Positions 40,080 through 49,873 of a DNA stretch of 64,000 bases are shown here, piece by piece. The translations under genes were made by a program, and so were the position numbers. Every line of letters begins with the position of its first letter. Position 1 is the first letter of the stretch. The DNA is from Candidatus Neptunichlamydia sp. (lineage in GTDB: Bacteria > Chlamydiota > Chlamydiia > Chlamydiales > Simkaniaceae), in contig OZ247587.1 of the NCBI GenBank assembly GCA_965233865.1, positions 576,001 to 640,000 of the forward strand, in the 5' to 3' direction. The notes under the pieces were generated by a model. The model had not been told where the DNA came from. It was given only the letters and a program-made list of their open reading frames with translations, and did no database searches.

Positions 40080-41354
40080 CTATAAAGCACTTTCTTTATC
40101 AAACTGTTCAGACAATGTTTGAAACACTTGGTTCGCTGTTGTCTGTTCACTCAAAATCTCACCCCTTATGGTATTAGCAGCAAAGCGCATCCATTTAATC
40201 GCACCTTCACTCATACCACGATCTCTCATAGTTTCTTCATATTTCTCTAAGTTTTCAGGTGTTACTAAGGAGCCTAATTTTAGCATAAGGGGCCTATTAA
40301 ACGCATGCTTAAACTCTAAATATTCTATTTTTAATGGACGACCATCTAAAACCATACAAGCATCATGATCGATTCCAATCATATGAATGATATCCGCTCC
40401 TTGTTTAAATAAATAATTTCCACTATGGCGATCCAAATTGCTAAAGAGTAAATCAAAAACAAAAGATTTCTGTAAATCAAGGACTGATACTTGATTCCTG
40501 TTTTTGTCATTAACATCTATATTATTGTCAATGAATATTTGGGCCGATCCCTGATGACCTTTTATATCTACGAGGTACGTTGCGGGAATAGAGAATTGTT
40601 TATGGTGATTTAATGCATAAGCTGTACACTCTCTGTTTGTATTTTTTGAATCTTCGGTTCCAATAACCATATATCCTTGTTGGTAATTTTCGAGTGTTGG
40701 TTTAAAAACCCATCGACAAGAAGATGTTTCTCTGTCTCGAAGAATATAAGCTTCATGAATATTTATACCTCCAAACCAATCTCTAGCGGTAAATAGAGGG
40801 CAATCATTGATTTTAGCCATTAATTGAGGAATTAAAGCAAAACATTGAGGATCGTTTTTGTTTTCCTTGCAAAATTGTAAAATTTTCTTAATATCTGCAT
40901 TCGGATCTTCTATTATGCCTTTCAATTGTTCATCAGCATCAATATAATGACGCCTGCTATTTATAGCCTCTGAGAAGCTATGATGAGAGTCAATTTTTTC
41001 AATACATTCATGTAAAGACATAAACACAAATGCAGGGTGGGGATTGAAGGGATCCACTGACTGTTTAAATTTTTCAGCAGTTTCAATATCGGGCCACAGA
41101 TATCCAAAAAATAAATAAGCTACGCCTTCAATTTTTTCGGTTGTCAAACACTCTCCGCTTTCCAGTAGCTGCTTTGCTCTGTCTATACAAAATTCCTCTA
41201 TATTACCATCAGTACATTGGTTTACTTCAGCAATTGGAATGTTAAACAATTCGCTAATTTCTCCATGCATAGCAGTTTTTGGCGCCACTTTGGAACTCTC
41301 AAAATTAGAGACATTTTGATCTCCTTTCAAAGGGTCATTACTCTCAATACTCAT
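40080..41354 (-). CDS. PI3/PI4-kinase-like protein (PI4K type II-like)
   Basis: GG...AY, VFKP..E, RE..AY.L, IP.T, GSAQIF, FD...NLDRHSGN, IDHD. Confidence 0.8.
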   Translation of the reverse strand: MSIESNDPLKGDQNVSNFESSKVAPKTAMHGEISELFNIPIAEVNQCTDGNIEEFCIDRAKQLLESGECLTTEKIEGVAYLFFGYLWPDIETAEKFKQSVDPFNPHPAFVFMSLHECIEKIDSHHSFSEAINSRRHYIDADEQLKGIIEDPNADIKKILQFCKENKNDPQCFALIPQLMAKINDCPLFTARDWFGGINIHEAYILRDRETSSCRWVFKPTLENYQQGYMVIGTEDSKNTNRECTAYALNHHKQFSIPATYLVDIKGHQGSAQIFIDNNIDVNDKNRNQVSVLDLQKSFVFDLLFSNLDRHSGNYLFKQGADIIHMIGIDHDACMVLDGRPLKIEYLEFKHAFNRPLMLKLGSLVTPENLEKYEETMRDRGMSEGAIKWMRFAANTIRGEILSEQTTANQVFQTLSEQFDKESAL

Positions 41355-41936
41355 AAAATAAACCATATTTTGATATTAATTATTTAAATAATCATTTTTA
41401 TTTAATTTAACAATATAAAAATATTTTTAAAACTTTATACCAATTGAAAAAATGAAGTGTAATATATTAGCCATTACTCCATCTATTAGGAATATTCCCT
41501 TAAAACGATAGCCCGTCATCTAGCATGGAGGGCGGTCAAGAGATTTACCTAGGCTGCTTTAAATGGGCAATAAGAGAATATGCCACTTTTTTCCCTAAAT
41601 CCCCCACTTTTTTACATGAAGCCCTTCTCCTTCCTGGTGAACCTGAAGATGACCTCTACAGGATTGGGACAGCCTAAGAACCTCTGTAAGCTCTTATTTT
41701 ACAACATCAGATGCTCCAGTATAGCCTGACACTCCTTCTTAAGCTACTCTAGTAGAAGAACTAAGAATAAGTAACAATACAGCAAGGTTTTTTAATAAGC
41801 CTATTTGTGTTAAGATAAGATTAAAGAGTATTGTCTTTCACTTAGATCAGGACCTATTTTGCATATGCTTCTAAGTCGTGGACAACCCTTTAATAAATTT
41901 TATCTTATTAATAATAAAACAGTTAAGGAAAACCTA

Positions 41937-42529
41937 TGTCCATGATCAACCAAAGTAGTCCACTTCCCCCAGCTCAGCAAACAAAAGGCACCACTCCCCA
42001 GGCTCATACAAGTCCAGGAAGTTTCTAATCAGGGAATAGAGCCAATACCACTGCCATTTTAGCTTTAATCGCTGCTATGATGGAACTCGTTAATGACAAG
42101 AATATTATGTATACATCTCAAGCAATTATTGCATCTCATCTATCTAACGAACTTTCAGCCAGCTAGATCGAGCTAGAAAAAAAGCAAATGACAGAAAAAA
42201 TTGTCGAAGGCAGCACTGAAACAGTAGGTAGGCTAGGAGCAGGGTATGCTGGGGTTCAAAATGAGCGCGAAAAAGGTAGAATGCAACCTTTAAAAGACGA
42301 TGCTGAAGGCTCACAAGAGTTTCTAAACACCCTAAAACACAATCCAGATGAATCTTTGACGGATCTGGAGAGAACAAAGTCTCCTGAAGTCAAAGAACGC
42401 CTTGAAAGTCTCATTGACAAAGTAAAATCTGGAGAACTCCAACTTAATGATGGTAAAAAATCCTCCGGCCTTTCCAAGGAAGATCAAGAGTTTGTTGACA
42501 CATTAAGCCAACCTCAATTCCCTCTATAG
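41937..42529 (+). pseudogene. Fragmented hypothetical (secreted-protein-like) gene
   Basis: MSMINQSSPLPP... start, internal stops, a hydrophobic stretch (AILALIAAMMELV), then ORF 42188-42529 ending at an IS630 edge. Confidence 0.4.
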
Positions 42530-42720
42530 ATAAAATATTTCGTTTTAGTTATACTTTTTTGAATGACGTATTCATTAGATTTTAGAAAAAAGGTACTGCT
42601 GATCCGAAGCACAGAAAATTTAAGTTTTGCTAAGACAGAAAAACGTTTTGGTGTAAGTATAAATAGCATATTTCTTTGGTCTAAGAGGCTAGAGGCAAAG
42701 CGCACTAAAAATAGACCTGC
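42527..42720 (+). mobile_element. IS630-family 5' remnant
   Basis: MTYSLDFRKKVL...RFGVS..SI..W (HTH_Tnp_IS630-like). Confidence 0.75.
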
Positions 42721-42930
42721 AATTCTTGGCAATCCAAAATACAGCCTCTACAAAGCAACGAGTTTTCTCTTTGTTATTTGTGTGTATTTTGGGGTAATTA
42801 CTCAGATATTCGTAAAGTTTCGACCAGGCGTGGTCATTTATTTTATGCGGGTATAGCATATAGATCTCCTTCTTCAGGAAGTCAGCTTGCACCATTTATG
42901 GAAATTTCTCAACACAACCTAACAGACCCT
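42720..42930 (-). mobile_element. IS5-family 5' remnant (a different element)
   Basis: INDHAWSKL...TRCFVEAVFWIAK; IR-like AGGGTCTGTT on the minus strand at 42921-42930. Confidence 0.65.
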
Positions 42931-42989
42931 CCTGAAATTTTGTGGAGCATCTTGACTCAAAATTCTTAAAATTTCTACCCAGAGCCTGT

Positions 42990-43009
42990 TAAAAATATCC
43001 TGTACTCAG
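42990..43009 (+). mobile_element. Orphan IS4 right end
   Basis: TAAAAATATCCTGTACTCAG resembles AAAAATGCCCTGTACTCAG at 5081-5099. Confidence 0.6.
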
Positions 43010-43020
43010 CTCTAAATTAC

Positions 43021-43050
43021 AAAAAGACCGAGTTTTACTCGGTCTTTTTT
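43021..43050. terminator. Bidirectional intrinsic terminator
   Basis: AAAAAGACCGAGT-TTT-ACTCGGTCTTTTT. Confidence 0.9.
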
Positions 43051-43208
43051 ATTGGAGTGGAAGTCCAAGTACTTAGCAAATCCGAAAGTTTACGAAAATG
43101 CCTGGACTCCAAATCTCTCTACTAGTTAGCGGTTAGGTGCAGATTTTAACTGAAGGTATGCCTCTGAAAAGTTATCAGGGGCATAAACCGTACATTGAAA
43201 ATTAGTTA

Positions 43209-43415
43209 CTATAAACCCTTAACATTTTTAGCTTCTGGACCCTTGCGGCCTTCTTCTTCATCATATTCAACATTTTGTCCTTCGTTTAGAGATTGTGTAT
43301 CTCCTTCAAGACTGTTGACATGAACGAATAATTCCTTCCCACCTGACTCAGGAGTAATAAAACCGAAACCTTTTTGTGAATTAAAAAACTTAACTGTACC
43401 TTTGGATTTTGTCAT
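43209..43415 (-). CDS. Cold-shock protein
   Basis: GTVKFFN..KGFGFI (RNP1), LFVH (RNP2), KGP.A.NV. Confidence 0.95.
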   Translation of the reverse strand: MTKSKGTVKFFNSQKGFGFITPESGGKELFVHVNSLEGDTQSLNEGQNVEYDEEEGRKGPEAKNVKGL

Positions 43416-43776
43416 TTGGATTTCTCTTCCTTTAAAAATTTAAAAAACACCCACCAATATATTGTAAGTTTATACCAGTGGAGCCCATGTATTTGAGCAG
43501 TTCAGAGGTATTGTAGCTTATTTCGGATAAATCTAAAAGAAAAGCTCTTATAAAAATTTCACATTCTCAAAGAGAATGGTTTTATACTGTTGATGATTAG
43601 ACGATTAAGATTTATTTTTATCACTGATAAATTTCCAATTCAAAGTTCTGAGCGCATCCAACTACCTACAAATAGTCTAAAAAGAAGACAGCAACTTGGT
43701 AAAGTTGCTAAGATCGAATGCAAATATAGATAGGAAAAGGTGGGCCAAATCCTTAAAAGAAGTTTAGGGGTACACC

Positions 43777-44127
43777 CTAGGTACATTTTTTAACGAATTC
43801 TGACTTGAGCATGATTTCACCAACCCCCTTAACCTTGGCATCAATATTGTGACCGTTTACCTCTTCGACTACACGAATGTTCTTTACTTTAACCCCAACC
43901 TTAAGAACGGAAGAGGTTCCTTTGACTTTAAGGTCCTTGATGATCGTCACACTATCTCCATCTTTAAGACTATTCCTGTGTACATCTTTCACAATTAGCT
44001 CTTCTTCTGCACCTTCAGAAAGCGTATCTATTGGCCATTCATACGCACAATCTGGGCAAATATACAAACCTTCACTTTCATACGTATATCTAGAAATACA
44101 CTTAGGGCAGTAAGGCAGATCTTCCAT
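43777..44127 (-). CDS. yjdM: PhnA/YjdM zinc-ribbon protein
   Basis: CPKC...YTY....[33 protein letters not shown]. Confidence 0.92.
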   Translation of the reverse strand: MEDLPYCPKCISRYTYESEGLYICPDCAYEWPIDTLSEGAEEELIVKDVHRNSLKDGDSVTIIKDLKVKGTSSVLKVGVKVKNIRVVEEVNGHNIDAKVKGVGEIMLKSEFVKKCT

Positions 44128-44467
44128 CTCGAGTCACCTATTTCTATTTGATAAATCCTATTCTATCAAGCATAAGAATAAATTCCCACAGAGGGCAAGT
44201 AAGTAAAGCGATCGTCTCCGGTTCCTTTCAAGAGTTTTGTTGGTATGATCCAAGCTCCCTGGGGTTCGCCCAAATCGACAGTAATCCTCCTCAGTAAAAC
44301 ACTATGCGATCCTGGCAACCGACTGCACCGCCTTTAAGCCAACGATAGATAGACCTCTCCCATGGATACACAGTGGCGTCTACGCCTAACTGCTTATTAT
44401 CTATTAGAGTATCTATATTCATCTCTCAAAATTATCTTTTTTCAAAGATTAAAAAGATCTCAGTGAG

Positions 44468-45220
44468 TCATGAAAGCTTAAGTGAGTGATCTTTTGGCAT
44501 TAGATTCAGCAGTTGATCGAAGCAATAGACACCTAATCTACATATTAATTGATGTTGATAAGTTATAAGTGCAATACCAATAAAAACTGGGAGAATACTG
44601 ATAGGAGAAATTTTTTTTATTACTTCTTTCCTTTTTTCTTCGGGAATAATTCTTTGCATGCCGTGGAAGTTGAAACCCATATGCACAAGAATGCTAGCTG
44701 TTAATCCTACCTTTGTTTTTGCTACGGAACATAATGGACCCAAAATAACGGCACAAAAACCGACTTGATAAGCAACCTTAGCAAACTTCCTAGAGGTTTT
44801 CCTTGTATTGAAATAATTTAAAAAATGCACAAGACCAAACGCTCCACTGCTAATTGCTGCTGTTTGTAGATTTGTTAGTGTATAATAATTAGGAAGTAGT
44901 GTGTCAGGCAAGTATTTTCTATAAATAATTTCTTCAGAAATTGGAGCTAAAATCGTCATTATGACAAGAGTGAAGAGAATCTCATCATTCCTGCTTTCAG
45001 AGATCTCTTTAGTCTCTGCTTCTGTAAGATTTAGTCCCCTGATGAATCCGCCAAAAAAACTTACCGGATACTGAGCTAAGTACCCAACAGATCCACAGGC
45101 TAGTGTTTTAGCAATCCATAAAGCATTAACTTGCTGTGAAATTTCACTTAGAGAGTGAATTCCTTGAGCAGAATATAAGCAAACAGAGTTTAACTTATAA
45201 TTAAAAATATTTGATATCAT
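44468..45220 (-). CDS. CPBP/Abi (type II CAAX) intramembrane metalloprotease
   Basis: APISEEIIYR, FGLVH, HMGFN. Confidence 0.85.
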   Translation of the reverse strand: MISNIFNYKLNSVCLYSAQGIHSLSEISQQVNALWIAKTLACGSVGYLAQYPVSFFGGFIRGLNLTEAETKEISESRNDEILFTLVIMTILAPISEEIIYRKYLPDTLLPNYYTLTNLQTAAISSGAFGLVHFLNYFNTRKTSRKFAKVAYQVGFCAVILGPLCSVAKTKVGLTASILVHMGFNFHGMQRIIPEEKRKEVIKKISPISILPVFIGIALITYQHQLICRLGVYCFDQLLNLMPKDHSLKLS

Positions 45221-45568
45221 CTTTCCCCTTCAGCGGATATAATATACATATATTATACAATTCGTTATTAAAATAAAATAATTAAAAAGATAATTTTATT
45301 ATAAAAAATATTTTATATTATTTTTTAACAATTTTTGAATACAACTATTCTATTGTTTCATCCGCCCGGCATAACTAGTTAAATTGGATTCTCGAGCCTC
45401 GTAAAGATTGGGGATTTCTAACCTGAGTTTTAAGTTTGTTTTTGCTTATTTTCATAAGAGATTTTGTTGAAATTTTCCCTCATTTTGACGCAATGAAGGG
45501 CCAGTTGACCCTTTTCAAACCAAAAAGATGGAAAAGATCCCTGAGAATGAGTAAAATACACTCAAAAC

Positions 45569-47083
45569 TTAGGTTACTAAGACGTTGGTCTCAACCATGT
45601 CCCCTGCTCTACCTAGAATCAACTTACACTCAGAGCTGAGGTGGCGAAGGCGAAGTTTTTTACCTAGTACCATATAGTGTTCGGTAATAAATTGTATCGC
45701 TTCAATCGCCGAGTGATCAGTCACCCGCGCATGCATAAAGTCGATAATCACCTCTTTCGGATCATTTTTTATCTCAAACAAGGTTTTGAATTGGGATACA
45801 GAGCCGAAGAATAGCGGCCCATGCAGAATGTACTCTTTTTCGCCTTTGGCATTGATTTTCGTCTCGGTATAGATGTTTTTTGCAGTGCCCCATGCAAAGA
45901 CCAATGCGGCAATAGTCACCCCTACGACAACCGCAACAGCTAAATTAGTAAAAACAGTAACAAGCGTCACCAAGGCAATAATAAAAGCATCGTGCTTGGG
46001 AATTTTACGAATGAATTTAAACGTTGCCCATTCAAAGGTTGCAATCACCACCATAAACATCACACCCAGAAGAGCTGCCAAAGGGATCAGTTTAATGATT
46101 GGCCAGAGGAAAATGATAAAAACAAAAAGCGTGATCCCAGCAACAATGCCTGAAATCCTCCCGCGCCCACCGGAATTAATGTTAATCATGCTCTGCCCTA
46201 GCATCGCGCAACCACCCATTCCTTTGAAAAAACCAGAAATGATGTTTCCAAGACCCTGGGCGATACACTCTTTGTTAGCACGACCTCTGGTGTGGGTCAT
46301 TTCGTCAATAAGAGACAAGGTCATTAACGACTCAGAAAGCCCAATAATGCACAACGTTATAGCATAGGGCACGATAATTTTAAGAGCTGAGAAGCTCAGC
46401 GGAATCTGTAGCCAGGTAAATGTCGGAAATGCTGCAGAAACCTGCTCCCCACCCATCATATCATCAACCACACGCGTATCTAAATTGAAGAGATGCACCA
46501 GTGATGAAACAAGAACAATTGCAACTAGAGCAGACGGTATTTTTTTGGTGAATTTTGGGAGAAAATAGGTCACAGCCATAGCAACACCGATCAGCCCAAT
46601 CATCAAATACAGAGGATACCCTGTTAACCAAACTGTTTCACCACCACCGGTGACTTTAAACTGCTTTAGTTGCGCCAAAAAAATAACAATCGCTAAACCG
46701 TTTACAAAACCTACCATTACTGGCTTAGGGAGTATACGGATAAGTTTACCCAAACGGAATACTCCCACCAGTATCTGAAAAATGCCAGTTAACACCACAG
46801 TTGCAAATAGATACTCAACCCCATATTGGATGACTAAAGAAACAATGACTACTGCCATCGCGCCCGTTGCACCTGAGATCATTCCAGGTCGTCCACCGAA
46901 TATTGCAGTAATAATGCACATGAAAAACGCTGAAAACAACCCCACTAATGGATCAAGATGTGCCACCAGTGCAAATGCAATAGATTCAGGAATGAGAGCC
47001 AAGGCAACGGTAAGTCCAGAGAAAAAATCAATATTCCATTTACCTTCAAAAGGCATCAGAAATTTCTTAACACTTTGTATCAT
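45569..47083 (-). CDS. SulP-family anion transporter with STAS domain
   Basis: GLTVALALIPE..AF, GGRPGMISGATGA, GCAMLGQS..N, GPLFFGS, DHSAIEA. Confidence 0.95.
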   Translation of the reverse strand: MIQSVKKFLMPFEGKWNIDFFSGLTVALALIPESIAFALVAHLDPLVGLFSAFFMCIITAIFGGRPGMISGATGAMAVVIVSLVIQYGVEYLFATVVLTGIFQILVGVFRLGKLIRILPKPVMVGFVNGLAIVIFLAQLKQFKVTGGGETVWLTGYPLYLMIGLIGVAMAVTYFLPKFTKKIPSALVAIVLVSSLVHLFNLDTRVVDDMMGGEQVSAAFPTFTWLQIPLSFSALKIIVPYAITLCIIGLSESLMTLSLIDEMTHTRGRANKECIAQGLGNIISGFFKGMGGCAMLGQSMININSGGRGRISGIVAGITLFVFIIFLWPIIKLIPLAALLGVMFMVVIATFEWATFKFIRKIPKHDAFIIALVTLVTVFTNLAVAVVVGVTIAALVFAWGTAKNIYTETKINAKGEKEYILHGPLFFGSVSQFKTLFEIKNDPKEVIIDFMHARVTDHSAIEAIQFITEHYMVLGKKLRLRHLSSECKLILGRAGDMVETNVLVT

Positions 47084-47416
47084 TGGTGTCCAATTTATGG
47101 TTCATATATCAAGGGATTAAGCATAAGTTTTAAACAAATTTTTATCGAGAGCGCATTTTTTGCAACACTACCAAAATGACAGGAAGCATCCTCTAACTTA
47201 GATCAAAAAAATTCTTGAACTCAACCCCTCTATCCCCAAATAGATTTTGATAGAGTCAAAGAAATATCGCGCATTTTCATGAGTATTAACATAGGGTAAA
47301 CGTGAAAATTAGTTCAATGCATTCTTTTTTGAAAGACGGTCTGTATAATTTACATATCTTTTAACGGATCAAACATGATAGACTGGCAGAAGTTTAAAAA
47401 TTAAGTTGGTTAAAAA

Positions 47417-49023
47417 ATGACATTCGATAATTTAGATCTTCATCCTAAGATTCTTGAGGCGATTACTGCTGCAGGATATTCTGAACCAACAGAGGTTCAA
47501 AAAGCGGTTATCCTGTAGTTAAGGAAGGAGTTGACATCCGGGCTTCAGCGCAAACAGGAACGGGGAAAACAGCTGCCTTTTTGCTGCCTGCTATTAACCA
47601 CTTAGTAACCTCCCCCTCAAAAGGTGGCAAAGGACCTCGAGTTCTGATCCTTGTTCCAACACGTGAGCTTGCAATGCAGATTGAAACACAAGCCAAAAAA
47701 TACACAAAGTATCTCCCTCATGTCAAGGCTGTTTCTGTTGTTGGCGGAATCCCCTATCACAAGCAAGCTCCAAAACTTAAACGCTCGTTGGACATTCTTA
47801 TTGCGACACCTGGAAGACTGATTGACTTCATTCACCAAAAGAAAGTTGAGTTCCCTCGACTCGAAATGCTTATTCTTGATGAAGCCGATCGAATGCTCGA
47901 TATGGGTTTTGTAAAACCTGTAGAGGATATCGCTTCGAAAACCCCCTCTGACAGACAAACGTTAATGTTTTCTGCAACAATGCAGGGAAGTATCATCAAA
48001 TTATCGCAAAAACTCTTAAATAAGCCTAAAGAGATCGCAATTGCCTCTCAGCAAGTCACTCATAAAAATATTGAACAAAAAGTACACTTTGTTGATGACC
48101 TACACCACAAAAATCGCATTCTTGATCACATTCTGAGTCAGGATAACGTAACAAATGCGATTGTCTTTACTTCAACAAAGCGCCATGCAGGCCAGCTTGT
48201 TGATGAATTGCGCGATAAAGGATACCCTACAGGCGCCCTTCATGGAGATATGAATCAGAGACAACGCACTCGCACCATAGCACAGCTTCGAAACGGATCG
48301 ATTAATATCCTTGTTGCAACCGATGTCGCCTCTCGAGGAATCGATGTCCAAGAAATCTCTCACGTTATTAACTTCGACATTCCTGAAAATGCAGAAGATT
48401 ATGTCCACCGTATCGGCCGCACTGGACGAGCTGGAGCTAAGGGAATAGCCCTGACTCTAGTCGCTGGACGCGATGCCTATATGATGAAGCAGATTGAGAA
48501 GTTCACCGGGCAACAGGTTGAAAGTGCCGTGATCCCAGGCTTAGAGCCAGATCCAACTAAAATTTCTTCAAATGGTCCCCCACGAGGAGCGCGCAATCAC
48601 AGATCTAACCGCTCACGTTCATCTCGCGGCGGTAGTAAGCCTAGTTTTTCTCGAGGTGATAAAAAGACCGGATCATCCTGGGGCGACAAAAAGCCTAGTT
48701 CTTCCTATGGCGAGAAGCGATCAAGTTCTCCTCGTGGCGAAAAGAAAGCTAGATCATCCTGGGGCGACAAAAAGCCTAGTTCTTCCTATGGCGAGAAGCG
48801 ATCAAGTTCTCCTCGTGGCGAAAAGAAAGCTGGAGCATCTTGGGGCGACAAAAAGCCTAGTTCTTCCTATGGCGAGAAGCGATCAAGTTCCCCTCGTGGC
48901 GAAAAGAAAGCTGGAGCATCTTGGGGCGACAAAAAGCCTCGGGGCAAGGCTCATTCTTCTAGAAATGAAAATCAAGGCTTCAAACCCAGAAAAACTACAC
49001 AAAACAAGAGCCGTGGTAGATAA
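47417..49023 (+). pseudogene. DEAD-box RNA helicase with a 1-nt frameshift near 47511 (real or assembly error)
   Basis: Q-motif MTFDNL...GYSEPTEVQ in one frame; AQTGTGKT, PTRELA, DEAD, SAT and HRIGRTGR in another. Confidence 0.85.
48671..48939 (+). repeat. 81-bp coding tandem repeat, about 3.3 copies
   Basis: TGGGGCGACAAAAAGCCT recurs at 48679, 48760, 48841 and 48922; 27-aa unit SWGDKKPSSSYGEKRSSSPRGEKKA.. Confidence 0.95.
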
Positions 49024-49046
49024 TAACCTCTAATAAAAGTTTGGTA

Positions 49047-49685
49047 TTACTGGAATTTTAGGGTGCGGTAAGCATCGTCGATCTGATCAAGAGAGGCGAT
49101 GCAGCAGCTAAGATCCTTAAGAAGTCCTGTCGAAATGTCATAGACCCATCCATGAATGGTGAGCGTTCTACCTTTAGCCCAGACGTTTTGAACAATCGTG
49201 GTATGACAAACATTCATCACCTGCGTCAAAACATTCAGCTCCACAAGGCGTTTATACCTTTCCTCTTTATCTTGAATTTGATCAAAAACCTCTTTCTCGC
49301 GGAAATAGACATCGCGAATATTGCGAAGCCAATTATCAACGAGCCCAAACTGAGCATTTTCCATAGCAGCAGCAACGCCCCCACATCCATAATGCCCGCA
49401 AACAATGACATGCTCAATCCCGAGATTTTCCACTCCATATTCTAAAACAGAGAGGCAGTTGACATCGGTATGGGGAACAATATTTGCCACATTGCGATGA
49501 ACAAAGACTTCTCCAGCCTCTAATCCTATCATTTCATTTGCAGGAATCCGGCTGTCAGAACAACCAATCCAAAGGTACTTTGGAGCTTGTCCCTCTACAT
49601 GCCGTTTAAAAAAATCGGAATCCTCTTCCCTCTTTCCTTCAGACCATGTGCGATTATTCTCAAATAATTGTTCTAGCTCTCTCAT
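49047..49685 (-). CDS. can: Beta-class carbonic anhydrase
   Basis: WIGCSDSR, FVHRNVAN, CGHYGCGG, HGWVY. Confidence 0.96.
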   Translation of the reverse strand: MRELEQLFENNRTWSEGKREEDSDFFKRHVEGQAPKYLWIGCSDSRIPANEMIGLEAGEVFVHRNVANIVPHTDVNCLSVLEYGVENLGIEHVIVCGHYGCGGVAAAMENAQFGLVDNWLRNIRDVYFREKEVFDQIQDKEERYKRLVELNVLTQVMNVCHTTIVQNVWAKGRTLTIHGWVYDISTGLLKDLSCCIASLDQIDDAYRTLKFQ

Positions 49686-49873
49686 GGTGCTATTGTAGGT
49701 TCTTACCCTGATTTATTTCTATAATCTTTATTAATTTACAGATATTTTCCTATATTAATCTTCAGTCACTTACATTCTTACAACTCTGCTTTTTCGCTCC
49801 TAATTACAGCTATTTTCTACGAAAAATTTTATGCATCTCAATTTTGGCTATTCTTGTAGAGTAGGATTGGTCT

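Noticed and set aside
43051..43070. TTGGAGTGGAAG as a displaced copy of the tmRNA 3' end (att site)
   Set aside because: The match is short, gapped and in inverted orientation, and is better explained as part of the local hairpin.
44200..44400. GC-richer intergenic stretch as an ncRNA or gene remnant
   Set aside because: I could not support any recognisable RNA motif, strong stem or protein motif.
45873..47179. Long antisense ORFs over sulP (similar ones lie over the cyo genes, ileS, pyrG and zwf)
   Set aside because: These are typical reverse-frame shadows of real genes, with no motifs or RBS.
48671..48939. Regular repeats as a CRISPR array
   Set aside because: Whole 81-bp units repeat with no unique spacers, they are in frame within a CDS, and no cas genes are present.
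48572..49033. 153-aa alternative-frame repeat ORF
   Set aside because: It is a shadow of the helicase tandem repeat.
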